64,000 bases of DNA from Desulfosudaceae bacterium (GCA_963674745.2 CAXXDV010000001.1:1920001-1984000); one strand, 5' to 3'. Shown: positions 1 to 9,315, counted from the stretch's first letter. Notes: generated by a model from the sequence alone, not told the origin. A program made the numbers and translations.

Positions 1-184
1 AGGTATGGGTAAAGCAGAAAATAAGTTTTAACACCTAAAGTTTAACATGCGTCATTTTATCTGCCGGAAATGATCCAAAATTTACTGCACCGTTTAACAA
101 GAGACTCAGTCATTTGTCGCGATGCGGTTGAATCATGAAACTGTCCGATGATTACGGCGAAAGATGCTAAACAGAGAGACGATC

Positions 185-1456
185 ATGAAGATATTCATAT
201 CAACCATATTACTGATAATATTATTATCCTTTCCGGTGTTCGCTGAAAGTACCGAACAGGATTACGAAGTCGACCATCTGGCCTTAGCGTCGGTCATGAT
301 ATATGACGGGCGTCTGGACAAAGCAGAGGCGGAATTATCCCAGGTGGACACATCCGGCGAAACCTTTGACGCGGCCCGGTATTACACCATCCGGGGTGTG
401 CTTGATGCCAAAAAAGGCCGATATGAGAGTGCCATTGGAAACTACACCAGGGCCATCCGGGAAACCGAAGAAAAAACATTTTCGCCTCCCGAGAAAAATA
501 TAAAGATGAACTATCTGTTTTCCATTGGAAAAAGTGAACAGGAAAACGTACCTGAACCGACTTTTGACGCCGAAAAAATTAAAAAAGAGAAAATAGAAAA
601 ACTGTATCTGTACCTCTCTCAAGCTTATTATAAAATCCAGGATTATGCCAATACCGTTAAATCGCTTGACCTGGCCGGCGCCAGGGGCAGAGACCGGGCC
701 ATGCTTTTTGCCCTGCGTGCGGAATGCTACTGGAAGCTGGAACAGTATAGTGGGGCCATCCAGGCACTAAACAAGGGTCTGTCGCTTTTCCCGAAAGATC
801 CCACCCTGCTTCAGCAGAAATATTATTATTTTGCGGAAAAAGGGATGTACCAGGCCGCCATTGCCTGCGCCAACGAATATATGACGGTAATTGATGCTGA
901 TGACAAAGCCTATATTATCCTGGCACAACTCCTGCTCGAGGCGGAACAGCCGGATGAGGCGATTAAAATACTCGAAAAGGCAAAAGCCAAATTCCCCGAC
1001 AGCGCCAATGTTGATATGTTGCTCGGTCATGTTTATATGAAAAAAGACATGAACCACACTGCCGCCTTTCTTTTTAAAGAAGGCGCCTACAATGACAAAA
1101 AATATCTCAAAGATGCGGTGGAGATGCACCGTAGAATTAAGGATTATTCCCACGCCATTTATTTAAACACCCAGATGAGTGATGCGGTGGAAAAACTGAA
1201 ACAGAAAGTGGCCATTTACCTGGATCGGGGTGAATATGAAAAGGTGATCGGCCTTGAAGACGACCTGGAAAGATACAATATCCTGGAAGATGATAACCTG
1301 CGCTACGCGCTTGCTTATTCGTACTATATGGCAAGGGATTTCGCGAATGCCGAGTTGCATATCAAACAGATCCAGGTGAACGCCCTGTTCGTCAAAGGCA
1401 CCGTCATTCTGAGGAATATTGAAAGGTGCCGGGAAAATATGATGGAGTGCTTTTAA
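185..1456 (+). CDS. Secreted tetratricopeptide-repeat (TPR) protein
   Basis: ORF 164..1456; ATG at 185 begins a typical signal peptide (MKIFISTILLIILLSFPVFA); repeated TPR-like helices (e.g. AYIILAQLLLEAEQPDEAIKILEKAKAKFP); abuts the TonB-dependent receptor gene. Confidence 0.75.
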   Translation: MKIFISTILLIILLSFPVFAESTEQDYEVDHLALASVMIYDGRLDKAEAELSQVDTSGETFDAARYYTIRGVLDAKKGRYESAIGNYTRAIRETEEKTFSPPEKNIKMNYLFSIGKSEQENVPEPTFDAEKIKKEKIEKLYLYLSQAYYKIQDYANTVKSLDLAGARGRDRAMLFALRAECYWKLEQYSGAIQALNKGLSLFPKDPTLLQQKYYYFAEKGMYQAAIACANEYMTVIDADDKAYIILAQLLLEAEQPDEAIKILEKAKAKFPDSANVDMLLGHVYMKKDMNHTAAFLFKEGAYNDKKYLKDAVEMHRRIKDYSHAIYLNTQMSDAVEKLKQKVAIYLDRGEYEKVIGLEDDLERYNILEDDNLRYALAYSYYMARDFANAELHIKQIQVNALFVKGTVILRNIERCRENMMECF

Positions 1457-4400
1457 ATGAAACTATTACGCAGGTTCTGGTTTTTAATCATACTCTTATT
1501 ATTAACGCCGGCGGCCTTTTCAGCCGATGAAAGCGGCAGTATCAGTGTGTTTGTCTTTTCCGCGGGCAAACCCCTGGCCGATATCGAAATCCTGGTTGAC
1601 GGAGACGCGTCGTACCGGACGGACGCGGACGGCTCTCAAAAAATTGTATTACCGGGCGGCATGCATCAGATCGAAGTCTTCGGCAAAAGGCAGGACGGGC
1701 AAAACCTGGGTTATATCAAAAAGACCGCTGAAATAAAAAACGGTAAAGACACACAAATGCTGGTCCGGTTTGTATCGGATGATGATGATCTGATCACGAT
1801 CGACACGCCGTTGGAAGGTAAGTCAACGGCACTTACGAAGGCCGATGGAAAAGCGTTTCTTTACGGGACAATTCTCTCCAGCGAAACGAATAAACCGGTT
1901 TTAAACGCCAGGGTGTTTGTCAAGGGGACCTCCGTGGATGCCCGGACAAATGAAGACGGCTCCTTTCAGATTGAGGTGCCGGCCAATGTCCCCCTGAGCA
2001 TTTCTCTAGTCCATTCTGAGTACAGCTCACATACCCTCAAGAACGTCATTTTTTTGAATGACGAACATGTTGCCAAAGAGTTCAGGCTGTCCCCCGCCAG
2101 CCTGGAACTGGAAGAGTTTGTCGTGCTGGCGCCACAAGTAAAAGGCAGTATCGCCAGTATTGTTGCCGAAGAGAAAACGACGCATTCAATTTCCAATATT
2201 TTAAGCTCAGAGGAATTCGGCAAAAAGGGTGACAGCTCCGCGGCCGCAGCATTAAAACGGGTGACCGGCGTTACGCTCATCGGCGGCAAGGATGTTTACG
2301 TGCGGGGACTTGGCGAACGGTATTCCAATATTGAAATGAATTCCATGCCGCTGCCGTCACCAAATCCGCTGAAAAAAGCCGTGCCGCTGGACATTTTTCC
2401 GGGCGGGGCCATCAGTTCAATGAAAGTACAGAAAAGCGCTTCAGCCGATATCCCCAGCAGTTTCGGCGGGGGATACATTGACATCCGGACCAAAGACAGT
2501 TCCAGAAAAGAGGATTACATTAAGGTTTCAGTAGAAGCCAAAGGGAATACCGATATCGGTGATGATATGCTCACCTACGAGGGCAGCGATACGGATATGT
2601 TCGGTTTTGACGATGGCTACCGCGAGATTGACGATAATATTCTGAACAACTCCCGGGTGACCCCGGGGGAAAGAGTTGCCGGGCTGACGCTGGATAACTT
2701 TTCCGAAGAAGAACTCTCACAATTGACACAGGACTATGTTAACAGAGACTATGATGTGGACACGGAAGAACAGCCGCCCGGGTTTGCCCTGGGTGCTGAG
2801 GGCGCCAAGGCTTTTGATCTGGCTGACCGTCACCATTTTACCCTTTTCGGCAATTATAAATATGAAACCGAATCACAGTCCAGAATCGAAACCTATAAAA
2901 ATTATAATATGCAGAAAAGTACGGGTCGGCTTTATCAAGACGCTTCACAGCAAGGCACGATCGACAAATCGATTACCGATTATGCCCATAGTCTGTTGTT
3001 CAACCTGGGCTATAACTACAATCATCTTTTCAATTTGAAGTACACCAAGTTGTTCACCCATAACGCTGAAAAAGTGACAAGGGTAGTTGACGGCATAATG
3101 GGGTCAAACGATGAAGACATGACCAAGTACTTCCTGGACTGGGAAGAGCGTACGATGAACGTCGATCAGTTAAACGGAGACTTTAATTATTCGCTTTATG
3201 GCCATGAAAACAATTTTACATTCGGGCTGGAATTGGCCCAGGCCGAACTTTACCAGCCCAACAACTACCAGTATACTTTCAGAAATGAAGGCGAACCGTT
3301 TCTTGACCATAAAATTTCAAACGACATCGCCAATAATCTTGAATCAACCGATGACCTGCTGGCTTTTTACCTGAAAAATAAATTTCATTTTAACCTGCTC
3401 AGTCAGGACGACTACATTGATATCGGCTTTTCAACCAGTTCAAAAGAGCGTGAATCAAAACAAAACAAATTCTTTCTGCAAAAAATCGGTGCCGGATCAA
3501 TTGTCGATGATCAGGACATGACCGGTACAATCGAAGAAATATATGATACCTATGTCCGTGCAGATATCCCTTATATTAAAAGAAGCCTGCTGGTCAACCA
3601 GCTGTTCAAACCGGCCGACCATTATGACGCTGATGTCGATGAAACAGACTTTTACGTCAACGCATTCTTTAAACCAGACGAAAAAATTGAAGTGCTTTTC
3701 GGCGCCCGGTCCTTTGATTTTTCACAGACGGTCTATCAATATGAGGAAGATCGTGACAACCCGGATATGTCAAAAAGGCGATTAATCGCGAAAGTACCTG
3801 AAAAGCTGGCCGTAAGTGATATATACCCGAGCCTGGCGGTAAAATACCTCTATAACAAAGATAATATATTTGATATCGCTCTTTCTAAAACATACATCAC
3901 GCCTGACTTGAGAGAGTTTACCAGCGGTGAATACTTTCATCCCTATGAAGTCGCCACGATCGTCGGGAACCCGGAGCTGACCAACACCGACATCTACAGT
4001 ATTGACCTTAAATACGGCCATTATTTTTCTGATACGCAAAACATCAAGTTCGGCCTGTTTTACAAATATCTCGATAAACCCATTGAGGATGTCATGCTGC
4101 CGTCCTCCTCTTTGCCGATATACTCTTTTGACAACTCGGATTCAGCCGTCCTTTATGGCCTGGAGATAGACGGCCGCAAAGACCTCTCTTTCATCAGTAA
4201 AATTTTGAAGGATTACTACATATCCGGAAACGTGTCTTTTACAGAGTCTGAAGTAACGCTGACCAAAGAGCAGGAAGATATTTACAGCACCAATAACAGA
4301 GAGCTTCAGGGCCTGTCTCCTGTCGTCGTCAATATCACCCTGGGATATGAGATTAAGAAGAGAAGCATCACCCTTTCATACAACAAAATGGGTGAGCGGA

Positions 4401-4630
4401 TCCGAAAAGTCGGCATGATTGACGACGGAAATTACTATCCCGATCATTATGAAGACCCCGCGGCCTTACTGGATTTTGTCTGGATCGAGAAATTCAGGAA
4501 CAACATTGACCTCAAACTCAAAGTAGGGAACATTCTGCGGGGAGAAACCGTCTGGACACAGGACGGCAGAGAAACCCTTGCATACAAGCTTCCCACGACG
4601 TTCAGCCTGGGGGTATCATATTCTTTTTAA
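1457..4630 (+). CDS. TonB-dependent receptor with N-terminal carboxypeptidase-regulatory-like domains
   Basis: Signal peptide; CarboxypepD_reg-like segment (ARVFVKGTSVDARTNEDGSFQI); plug motif (ALKRVTGVT..VYVRGLGERY..PLDIFP..GGGYIDIRTK); beta-barrel ending in aromatic residue (LGVSYSF). Confidence 0.9.
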   Translation: MKLLRRFWFLIILLLLTPAAFSADESGSISVFVFSAGKPLADIEILVDGDASYRTDADGSQKIVLPGGMHQIEVFGKRQDGQNLGYIKKTAEIKNGKDTQMLVRFVSDDDDLITIDTPLEGKSTALTKADGKAFLYGTILSSETNKPVLNARVFVKGTSVDARTNEDGSFQIEVPANVPLSISLVHSEYSSHTLKNVIFLNDEHVAKEFRLSPASLELEEFVVLAPQVKGSIASIVAEEKTTHSISNILSSEEFGKKGDSSAAAALKRVTGVTLIGGKDVYVRGLGERYSNIEMNSMPLPSPNPLKKAVPLDIFPGGAISSMKVQKSASADIPSSFGGGYIDIRTKDSSRKEDYIKVSVEAKGNTDIGDDMLTYEGSDTDMFGFDDGYREIDDNILNNSRVTPGERVAGLTLDNFSEEELSQLTQDYVNRDYDVDTEEQPPGFALGAEGAKAFDLADRHHFTLFGNYKYETESQSRIETYKNYNMQKSTGRLYQDASQQGTIDKSITDYAHSLLFNLGYNYNHLFNLKYTKLFTHNAEKVTRVVDGIMGSNDEDMTKYFLDWEERTMNVDQLNGDFNYSLYGHENNFTFGLELAQAELYQPNNYQYTFRNEGEPFLDHKISNDIANNLESTDDLLAFYLKNKFHFNLLSQDDYIDIGFSTSSKERESKQNKFFLQKIGAGSIVDDQDMTGTIEEIYDTYVRADIPYIKRSLLVNQLFKPADHYDADVDETDFYVNAFFKPDEKIEVLFGARSFDFSQTVYQYEEDRDNPDMSKRRLIAKVPEKLAVSDIYPSLAVKYLYNKDNIFDIALSKTYITPDLREFTSGEYFHPYEVATIVGNPELTNTDIYSIDLKYGHYFSDTQNIKFGLFYKYLDKPIEDVMLPSSSLPIYSFDNSDSAVLYGLEIDGRKDLSFISKILKDYYISGNVSFTESEVTLTKEQEDIYSTNNRELQGLSPVVVNITLGYEIKKRSITLSYNKMGERIRKVGMIDDGNYYPDHYEDPAALLDFVWIEKFRNNIDLKLKVGNILRGETVWTQDGRETLAYKLPTTFSLGVSYSF

Positions 4631-4646
4631 ACATGGACTTGTCTGA

Positions 4647-5078
4647 ATGAGAATCCTTTTTCTGTGTACCGGTAATTCCTGCCGCAGTCAGATGGCTTAA
4701 GGGTGGGCTAAGTCTTTAAAATCGGATACCATCGAAGCACACTCGGCCGGTATTGAAAAACACGGCCTCAATCCCCTGGCTGTGAGGGCCATGAAAGAGG
4801 CCGGTGTTGATATTACCCGTCAAGCATCTAAAACAATTGCCGAACTACCGGAACATACCTTCGATTATGTGATCACGCTGTGCGGACATGCCAATGAGAC
4901 ATGTCCTGTGTTTTTCGGCCCGGCCAAAAGGGTTCATGTCGGCTTTGATGATCCCCCGGGCCTGGCTAAAGATGCCGGCAGCGAAGAGGAAGCCATGTTT
5001 CACTATCGTCGGGTGCGCGATGAAATTCGTGCATTTGTTGAACAATTACCCGAAAGTCTTCCAGATGAGGATAATTGA
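4647..5078 (+). pseudogene. arsC: Arsenate reductase (LMW-PTP/thioredoxin type) interrupted by an in-frame TAA
   Basis: ATG 4647 reads MRILFLCTGNSCRSQMA, then TAA at 4698-4700 where the family has Glu (SQMAEG), then continues in frame GWAKSLK..SAG..DYVITLCGHANETCPVF..HVGFDDP..RRVRDEI. Confidence 0.9.
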
Positions 5079-5354
5079 TCGATTCGACCGTGTTGTTGGT
5101 GTCTTGCTTTTACCTTGTTTACGCGCCGGCACATACGGGTAGAAGTTTTTAATTTCAGCTGTTTCCTTCCAGGATTTTGAATGTTTCCGTTAGACCCAGG
5201 TGTCATAAGTCAAATTTCTGTGTGTGAATCATGTGTGAAAATTTTTCTAAAATCAGCTAAAATGTGTAAAATTGATAAGAATTTGGAATTTGATAATTCA
5301 ATAATTCCAGTTTCCAATAAATTTTGAGGAGGTTAGGAAACCCAGAGGTTCTAA

Positions 5355-5401
5355 TTCCTAATCCATGTGCCGCAAGTTCGATTCTTGCCGGGGGCACCAC
5401 C
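5355..5401 (+). repeat. 3' half of tRNA-Arg(CCT): attachment-site direct repeat, copy 1
   Basis: TTCCTAA (anticodon loop, CCT)-TCCAT-GTGCC-GCAAG TTCGATT CTTGC (T arm)-CGGGGGC-A-CCA; no 5' tRNA half upstream. Confidence 0.9.
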
Positions 5402-5550
5402 TTTTCATTAAGGTCTTTTCTTGACTTTAAGCCGCAAGAGTACAAATTTAACATTGTAAGTTATTTTTGTTCAGCCAGGAGGCTTCTCTTATCCTGTATT
5501 ATTTTCTTGGTATTGTGCTTAAGTTTTGCCCGTCAGAAACAAATTTGCGC

Positions 5551-5579
5551 TTGACAAGTATTCTTGGCATTGTTATTAT
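5551..5579 (+). promoter_or_regulatory. sigma70-type promoter of the AAA ATPase gene
   Basis: TTGACA (5551-5556), 17-nt spacer, TATTAT (5574-5579) with extended -10 TG. Confidence 0.65.
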
Positions 5580-5609
5580 CCATGCAAATCAGGAAATATG
5601 GTTATTTAT

Positions 5610-6755
5610 ATGCATGGATATGTCGGCAGGCTTATAGAGAAGAAAATATCCCAGGCACTGGCACGTTCTCCAGCTGTAGCGATTCTCGGCCCCAGGCAAT
5701 GTGGTAAGTCAACTACCGCCAGGCAATTGCTTGACAGCATCCCTTCAGTATATATTGATTTGCAGGATCGAACTGATCGCAACAAACTGGCAGAGCCTGA
5801 GCTTTTTTTTGAGCATCATCGCGATAAGCTTATCTGCCTTGATGAGATTCAGCGACTGCCGGAGTTCTTTTCAATACTGCGCTCTGAAATTGATAAGGAT
5901 CGCAGGCCGGGACGGTTTTTAATTTTAGGTTCAGCTTCCCGTGATCTTATCAAACAATCAACTGAGTCCCTGGCAGGCCGCATAGCCTATATTGATCTTA
6001 CGCCATTTTTGCTGAAAGAAGTTGAACGTGTTTCATCGTGGTCTGATCTGTGGTTTCGAGGCGGTTTCCCTGAAAGCCTTCTTGCCGCTGATGATCAGGA
6101 CAGCTTTGAATGGCGTCGCGATTTTATTCGGACATTCATGGAGCGTGATATTCCCAATCTGGGCTTTGCAATACCGGTGCCGGTTATAGAGCGATTATGG
6201 TTGCTGACAGCGCACTATCACGGGCAGACAATAAACTACAGCAAACTTGCTGCTGCAGCGGATCTTTCTATTCCTACCCTGAAAAAATATCTGGCCATTC
6301 TGGAACAAACCTATATGGTCAGAATGCTGCAGCCGTATTCGACAAATCTTAAAAAAAGAATAGTCAAATCCCCCAAGATTTATCTTCGTGACAGCGGTGT
6401 CCTTCATGCCCTCCTTGATATAGAAGCGTATGATTATCTGCTGTCAAATCCCATTGCCGGGGCCTCCTGGGAGGGGTATGTGATTGAGAATATTATCGCA
6501 CTGCATGATCGTTGGAGGCCGTCATTCTTACGCACTTCCAATGGTGCTGAAATAGATTTGATGCTGGAAAAGTCCGGGCGGCTTCGTGTTTTTGAATGCA
6601 AGCTGTCTAAAGCGCCGAAACCCTCACGGGGTTTTCATGAACTGATAGATCGTTTGCAACCGGAATCAGCCCGGGTTATCGCACCTGTTGACGAGCCCTT
6701 TGAAATAAAAAAGAATATAGTTGTCTGTTCGCCAATTCATTTGGATAAGATTTAA
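5610..6755 (+). CDS. AAA+ ATP-binding protein (AAA_14 + DUF4143-type; C-terminal nuclease-like motif)
   Basis: Walker A GPRQCGKST, Walker B LDEIQR, LGSAS, ESLAGRI, RGGFPE, KSPKIYLRDSG, WEGYV, EIDL..FECK. Start is 5598 or 5610 (ORF track extends to 5526). Confidence 0.9.
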   Translation: MHGYVGRLIEKKISQALARSPAVAILGPRQCGKSTTARQLLDSIPSVYIDLQDRTDRNKLAEPELFFEHHRDKLICLDEIQRLPEFFSILRSEIDKDRRPGRFLILGSASRDLIKQSTESLAGRIAYIDLTPFLLKEVERVSSWSDLWFRGGFPESLLAADDQDSFEWRRDFIRTFMERDIPNLGFAIPVPVIERLWLLTAHYHGQTINYSKLAAAADLSIPTLKKYLAILEQTYMVRMLQPYSTNLKKRIVKSPKIYLRDSGVLHALLDIEAYDYLLSNPIAGASWEGYVIENIIALHDRWRPSFLRTSNGAEIDLMLEKSGRLRVFECKLSKAPKPSRGFHELIDRLQPESARVIAPVDEPFEIKKNIVVCSPIHLDKI

Positions 6756-6762
6756 TAGCGTC

Positions 6763-7725
6763 CTAATTAACCTTAAGATCCTTAAACGATTCTAAAAGAT
6801 CGCTATTGCCCGGATATTTCTGAAGCATCTCTATCAGCTTTTCCATAGCGGTAACCGTATCCATCGTTGCCATTACCCGGTACAATATTTCAAGGCGCCG
6901 GAATGCTTCCGGTTCAAACAAAAGCTCAGCACGCCGGGTGCCGCTCTTTAACACATCGATTGCCGGAAACACTCTCTTCTCTGCCAATTTTTTTGAGAGC
7001 ACCAGTTCCATATTACCCGTGCCTTTAAATTCTTCAAAAATAACATTATCCATAGCACTACCGGTATCGACCAGAATCGTCGCAATGATAGTTATAGAAC
7101 CCAGGCCTTCTATATTACGGGCAGCTCCAAAGATACGGCGCGGCACTTCAAGTGCGCCAGCACCCACTCCTCCGGAAAGCGTACGCCCGCCATTTCGGTG
7201 CTGTGCGTTATGTACCCGCGCCAGACGTGTAAGAGAATCAAGCAATATCATCACATTCTGCCCGGAAGCAGCTTCCTTAAAAGCGTCTGCCATAACCTCA
7301 TCGGCAACCGCAATATGGTTTTTCTGACTATGATCCATAGACGAAGAATATACTCTGGCATCCACGCTGCGCGTAAAATCAGTCACCTCCTCGGGACGCT
7401 CATCGACAAGTGCGCAATAAACCTTCATGTCAGGATAACCGTTTGTTACCGCATTACAAATGTTCTTTAACAGGGTCGTTTTGCCCACGCCTGGTGATGA
7501 TACCACAAGCGCACGCTGTCCCATCCCGATCGGACAGATAAGATCAAGCGCACGGACGGACAGGTCATCGCTGCCCTTCTCAAAAACAATGCGTTGATCC
7601 GGGTTTATTGCCGTACCGGCAAGAAATTTTTTCTCATCAGCTGAAATGACCCTGCGCGCCGACGCATTTGAACGTTTTTGCGGTCGTGGTTTCCCACGCC
7701 GCGAATTTAAACCAACCGAACGCAT
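6763..7725 (-). CDS. rho: Transcription termination factor Rho paralogue, short form lacking the N-terminal RNA-binding domain
   Basis: PIGMGQRALVVSSPGVGKTT, DERPEEVTD, LLDSLTRLAR, GRTLSGG, FGAARNIE, IFEEFKGTGNMEL, FPAID..SGTR; only 320 aa; AAGGAG RBS just upstream of the ATG. Confidence 0.9.
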   Translation of the reverse strand: MRSVGLNSRRGKPRPQKRSNASARRVISADEKKFLAGTAINPDQRIVFEKGSDDLSVRALDLICPIGMGQRALVVSSPGVGKTTLLKNICNAVTNGYPDMKVYCALVDERPEEVTDFTRSVDARVYSSSMDHSQKNHIAVADEVMADAFKEAASGQNVMILLDSLTRLARVHNAQHRNGGRTLSGGVGAGALEVPRRIFGAARNIEGLGSITIIATILVDTGSAMDNVIFEEFKGTGNMELVLSKKLAEKRVFPAIDVLKSGTRRAELLFEPEAFRRLEILYRVMATMDTVTAMEKLIEMLQKYPGNSDLLESFKDLKVN

Positions 7726-7996
7726 ACATGCTCCTTACTTTTTTGATTTTTAATAGCAGGTCTTTATCCTGTAAAATACAAAACCGCAGATACTGTAAAA
7801 AACAGCCGTATTATGAGTTGAGACTGAGAAAAGACTCAAAAGCTCATCAGATTTTGGGGAAAAGATAGATGATTACGTTTTACAGTTTTGTAGTTTTATA
7901 TTAATTCAAATTGTGACTGTCAGAACCTATAGTAAAAAAATTGCAGTGATTCATTGTACTATAATTTCTAAAAATTTCAATGCATTCGAATTCCCC

Positions 7997-8043
7997 TTCC
8001 TGATCCATGTGCCGCAAGTTCGATTCTTGCCGGGGGCACCACC
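7997..8043 (+). repeat. 3' half of tRNA-Arg(CCT): attachment-site direct repeat, copy 2
   Basis: Identical to 5355-5401 except TTCCTGA for TTCCTAA; again no 5' half. Confidence 0.9.
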
Positions 8044-8146
8044 CAATAAAGGCAGATGCAAGCGTGAAATAAATATCTCTGCCGCTGTGTGGCTCTCACC
8101 TCGAGTAACAGGCATACTGATGGTTGGTGCTGGGGCCCTTTTAGCT

Positions 8147-9244
8147 TCAGAGATATGGGGTCAGCAGGTCTTTATTTATTTCCAGGGTATGCTGGTTGTC
8201 CTTTTGAACGATTTTATCTGACCCAAAGGGATCAAACTGAAGATCGGTGATTATCCTGTTAAAGACTTCTCTTAACGCCCTGGCACCGATTCGGGTATTG
8301 GCCTCAGCCTGTGCGGCAATGACTTCAAGTGCGTCCCCTGTAATTGAAAGATCAATGCCGAATGTTTTAAAGTAGTTTTTGGCGTTTATATATGGCGAAT
8401 CGACCGCGTTAAGCAGTATCTGCTTTAACACATGCCTGTTCAGGTCTCCCAGAATGTTGATAACACTGAACCGGGAAATAAATTGGGGTATCATACCATA
8501 ATTAAAGAGGTCCTCTATCTTCATATAATCTTTCAGGTTGAAAACAATGCGTCTCTCCGGAAGCCCCTTGGAATCATCCCAGACAAACGTTTCTTTTAAT
8601 TTTCGGCCGTCTTTTTCTGATTCCACCAGGGCATAAACCTGGTTGTACAGTTCTTCAAAGGCACCGCCGCAGATAAAAAGCATTTTGGCGGTATTGATGG
8701 GTATTCTCACGGCTCGTTTTTTCCCTTCCTGGATAAAAAAAGAAGAATCGATGTATATGATTTCCCCTTCCAGGATGGTCAGCAGGGCCTGTTGAATGGA
8801 GATGCCGGCGACATTTGTCCGGCCGGAAACCTTGGATGATATTTTGTCAATTTCATCCAGGCAGACAGTGGCGTTTTCGATATGGGCTTTCAGTTCTTTG
8901 GGGGTGATCCGGGCGCCCAGCCGGTTTCGGGCACCCGATTCCAGGTCACTGAATATACGGTAAATATTAACCTCACCATCATCGTTGATGAGGGTGTTAG
9001 CGTTCATGACGGACATGGCCTGAAATTGTGCCAGATCTTCATGGTCCCGGTAAAACTGAAGAATAGAATTCATCAGGGTCGTTTTGCCTGTGCCGCTGTT
9101 GCCGATAAGCAGAATATTGCCCCATTTGATGCCGTGGATGTGTTTGTAAACCGATACGGAAACCTGCTTAAGGGCATCATCCTGGCCCAGCACTTTTTTG
9201 GACAGATAGGAATATATGTCTTTCGGCAGTATTCGAGCGGTCAT
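8147..9244 (-). CDS. ClpX/HslU-like AAA+ ATPase, divergent
   Basis: VLGQDDALK, NILLIGNSGTGKT, LDEIDKI, IQQALLTILEG, LFICGGAF, YGMIPQFISRF, IGARALR; no N-terminal zinc-binding domain. Confidence 0.8.
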   Translation of the reverse strand: MTARILPKDIYSYLSKKVLGQDDALKQVSVSVYKHIHGIKWGNILLIGNSGTGKTTLMNSILQFYRDHEDLAQFQAMSVMNANTLINDDGEVNIYRIFSDLESGARNRLGARITPKELKAHIENATVCLDEIDKISSKVSGRTNVAGISIQQALLTILEGEIIYIDSSFFIQEGKKRAVRIPINTAKMLFICGGAFEELYNQVYALVESEKDGRKLKETFVWDDSKGLPERRIVFNLKDYMKIEDLFNYGMIPQFISRFSVINILGDLNRHVLKQILLNAVDSPYINAKNYFKTFGIDLSITGDALEVIAAQAEANTRIGARALREVFNRIITDLQFDPFGSDKIVQKDNQHTLEINKDLLTPYL

Positions 9245-9286
9245 TTTTTACCCTGTTGAATGATCAGAATCTATTTTATTAAAATC

Positions 9287-9315
9287 ATTATCATTAACAG
9301 AGGTCGGCTTGTCAA
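9287..9315 (-). promoter_or_regulatory. sigma70-type promoter of the ClpX-like gene
   Basis: Minus-strand TTGACA (9315-9310), 17-nt spacer, GATAAT (9292-9287). Confidence 0.5.

Larger units (their letters stand above)
5402..8043. mobile_element. att-bounded 2.6-kb integrated islet (integrase-less remnant) carrying an AAA ATPase and a short Rho
   Basis: Bounded by two near-identical tRNA 3' fragments; AT-rich margins; no integrase ORF inside. Confidence 0.7.

Noticed and set aside
4698..4700. Recoded stop (selenocysteine or pyrrolysine) in arsC
   Set aside because: The codon is TAA, not TGA or TAG, and it aligns with a Glu rather than a Cys.
5325..5401. Intact tRNA-Arg gene at either repeat (also 7965-8043)
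   Set aside because: No 5' acceptor strand (GCCCCCG-like), D arm or 5' anticodon-stem strand upstream of either copy; only 3' halves are present.
5003..5554. Short ORFs around the first att repeat (5003-5206, 5257-5454, 5324-5554) as integrase or excisionase remnants
   Set aside because: No tyrosine-recombinase or HTH motifs; two of them simply read through the tRNA fragment.
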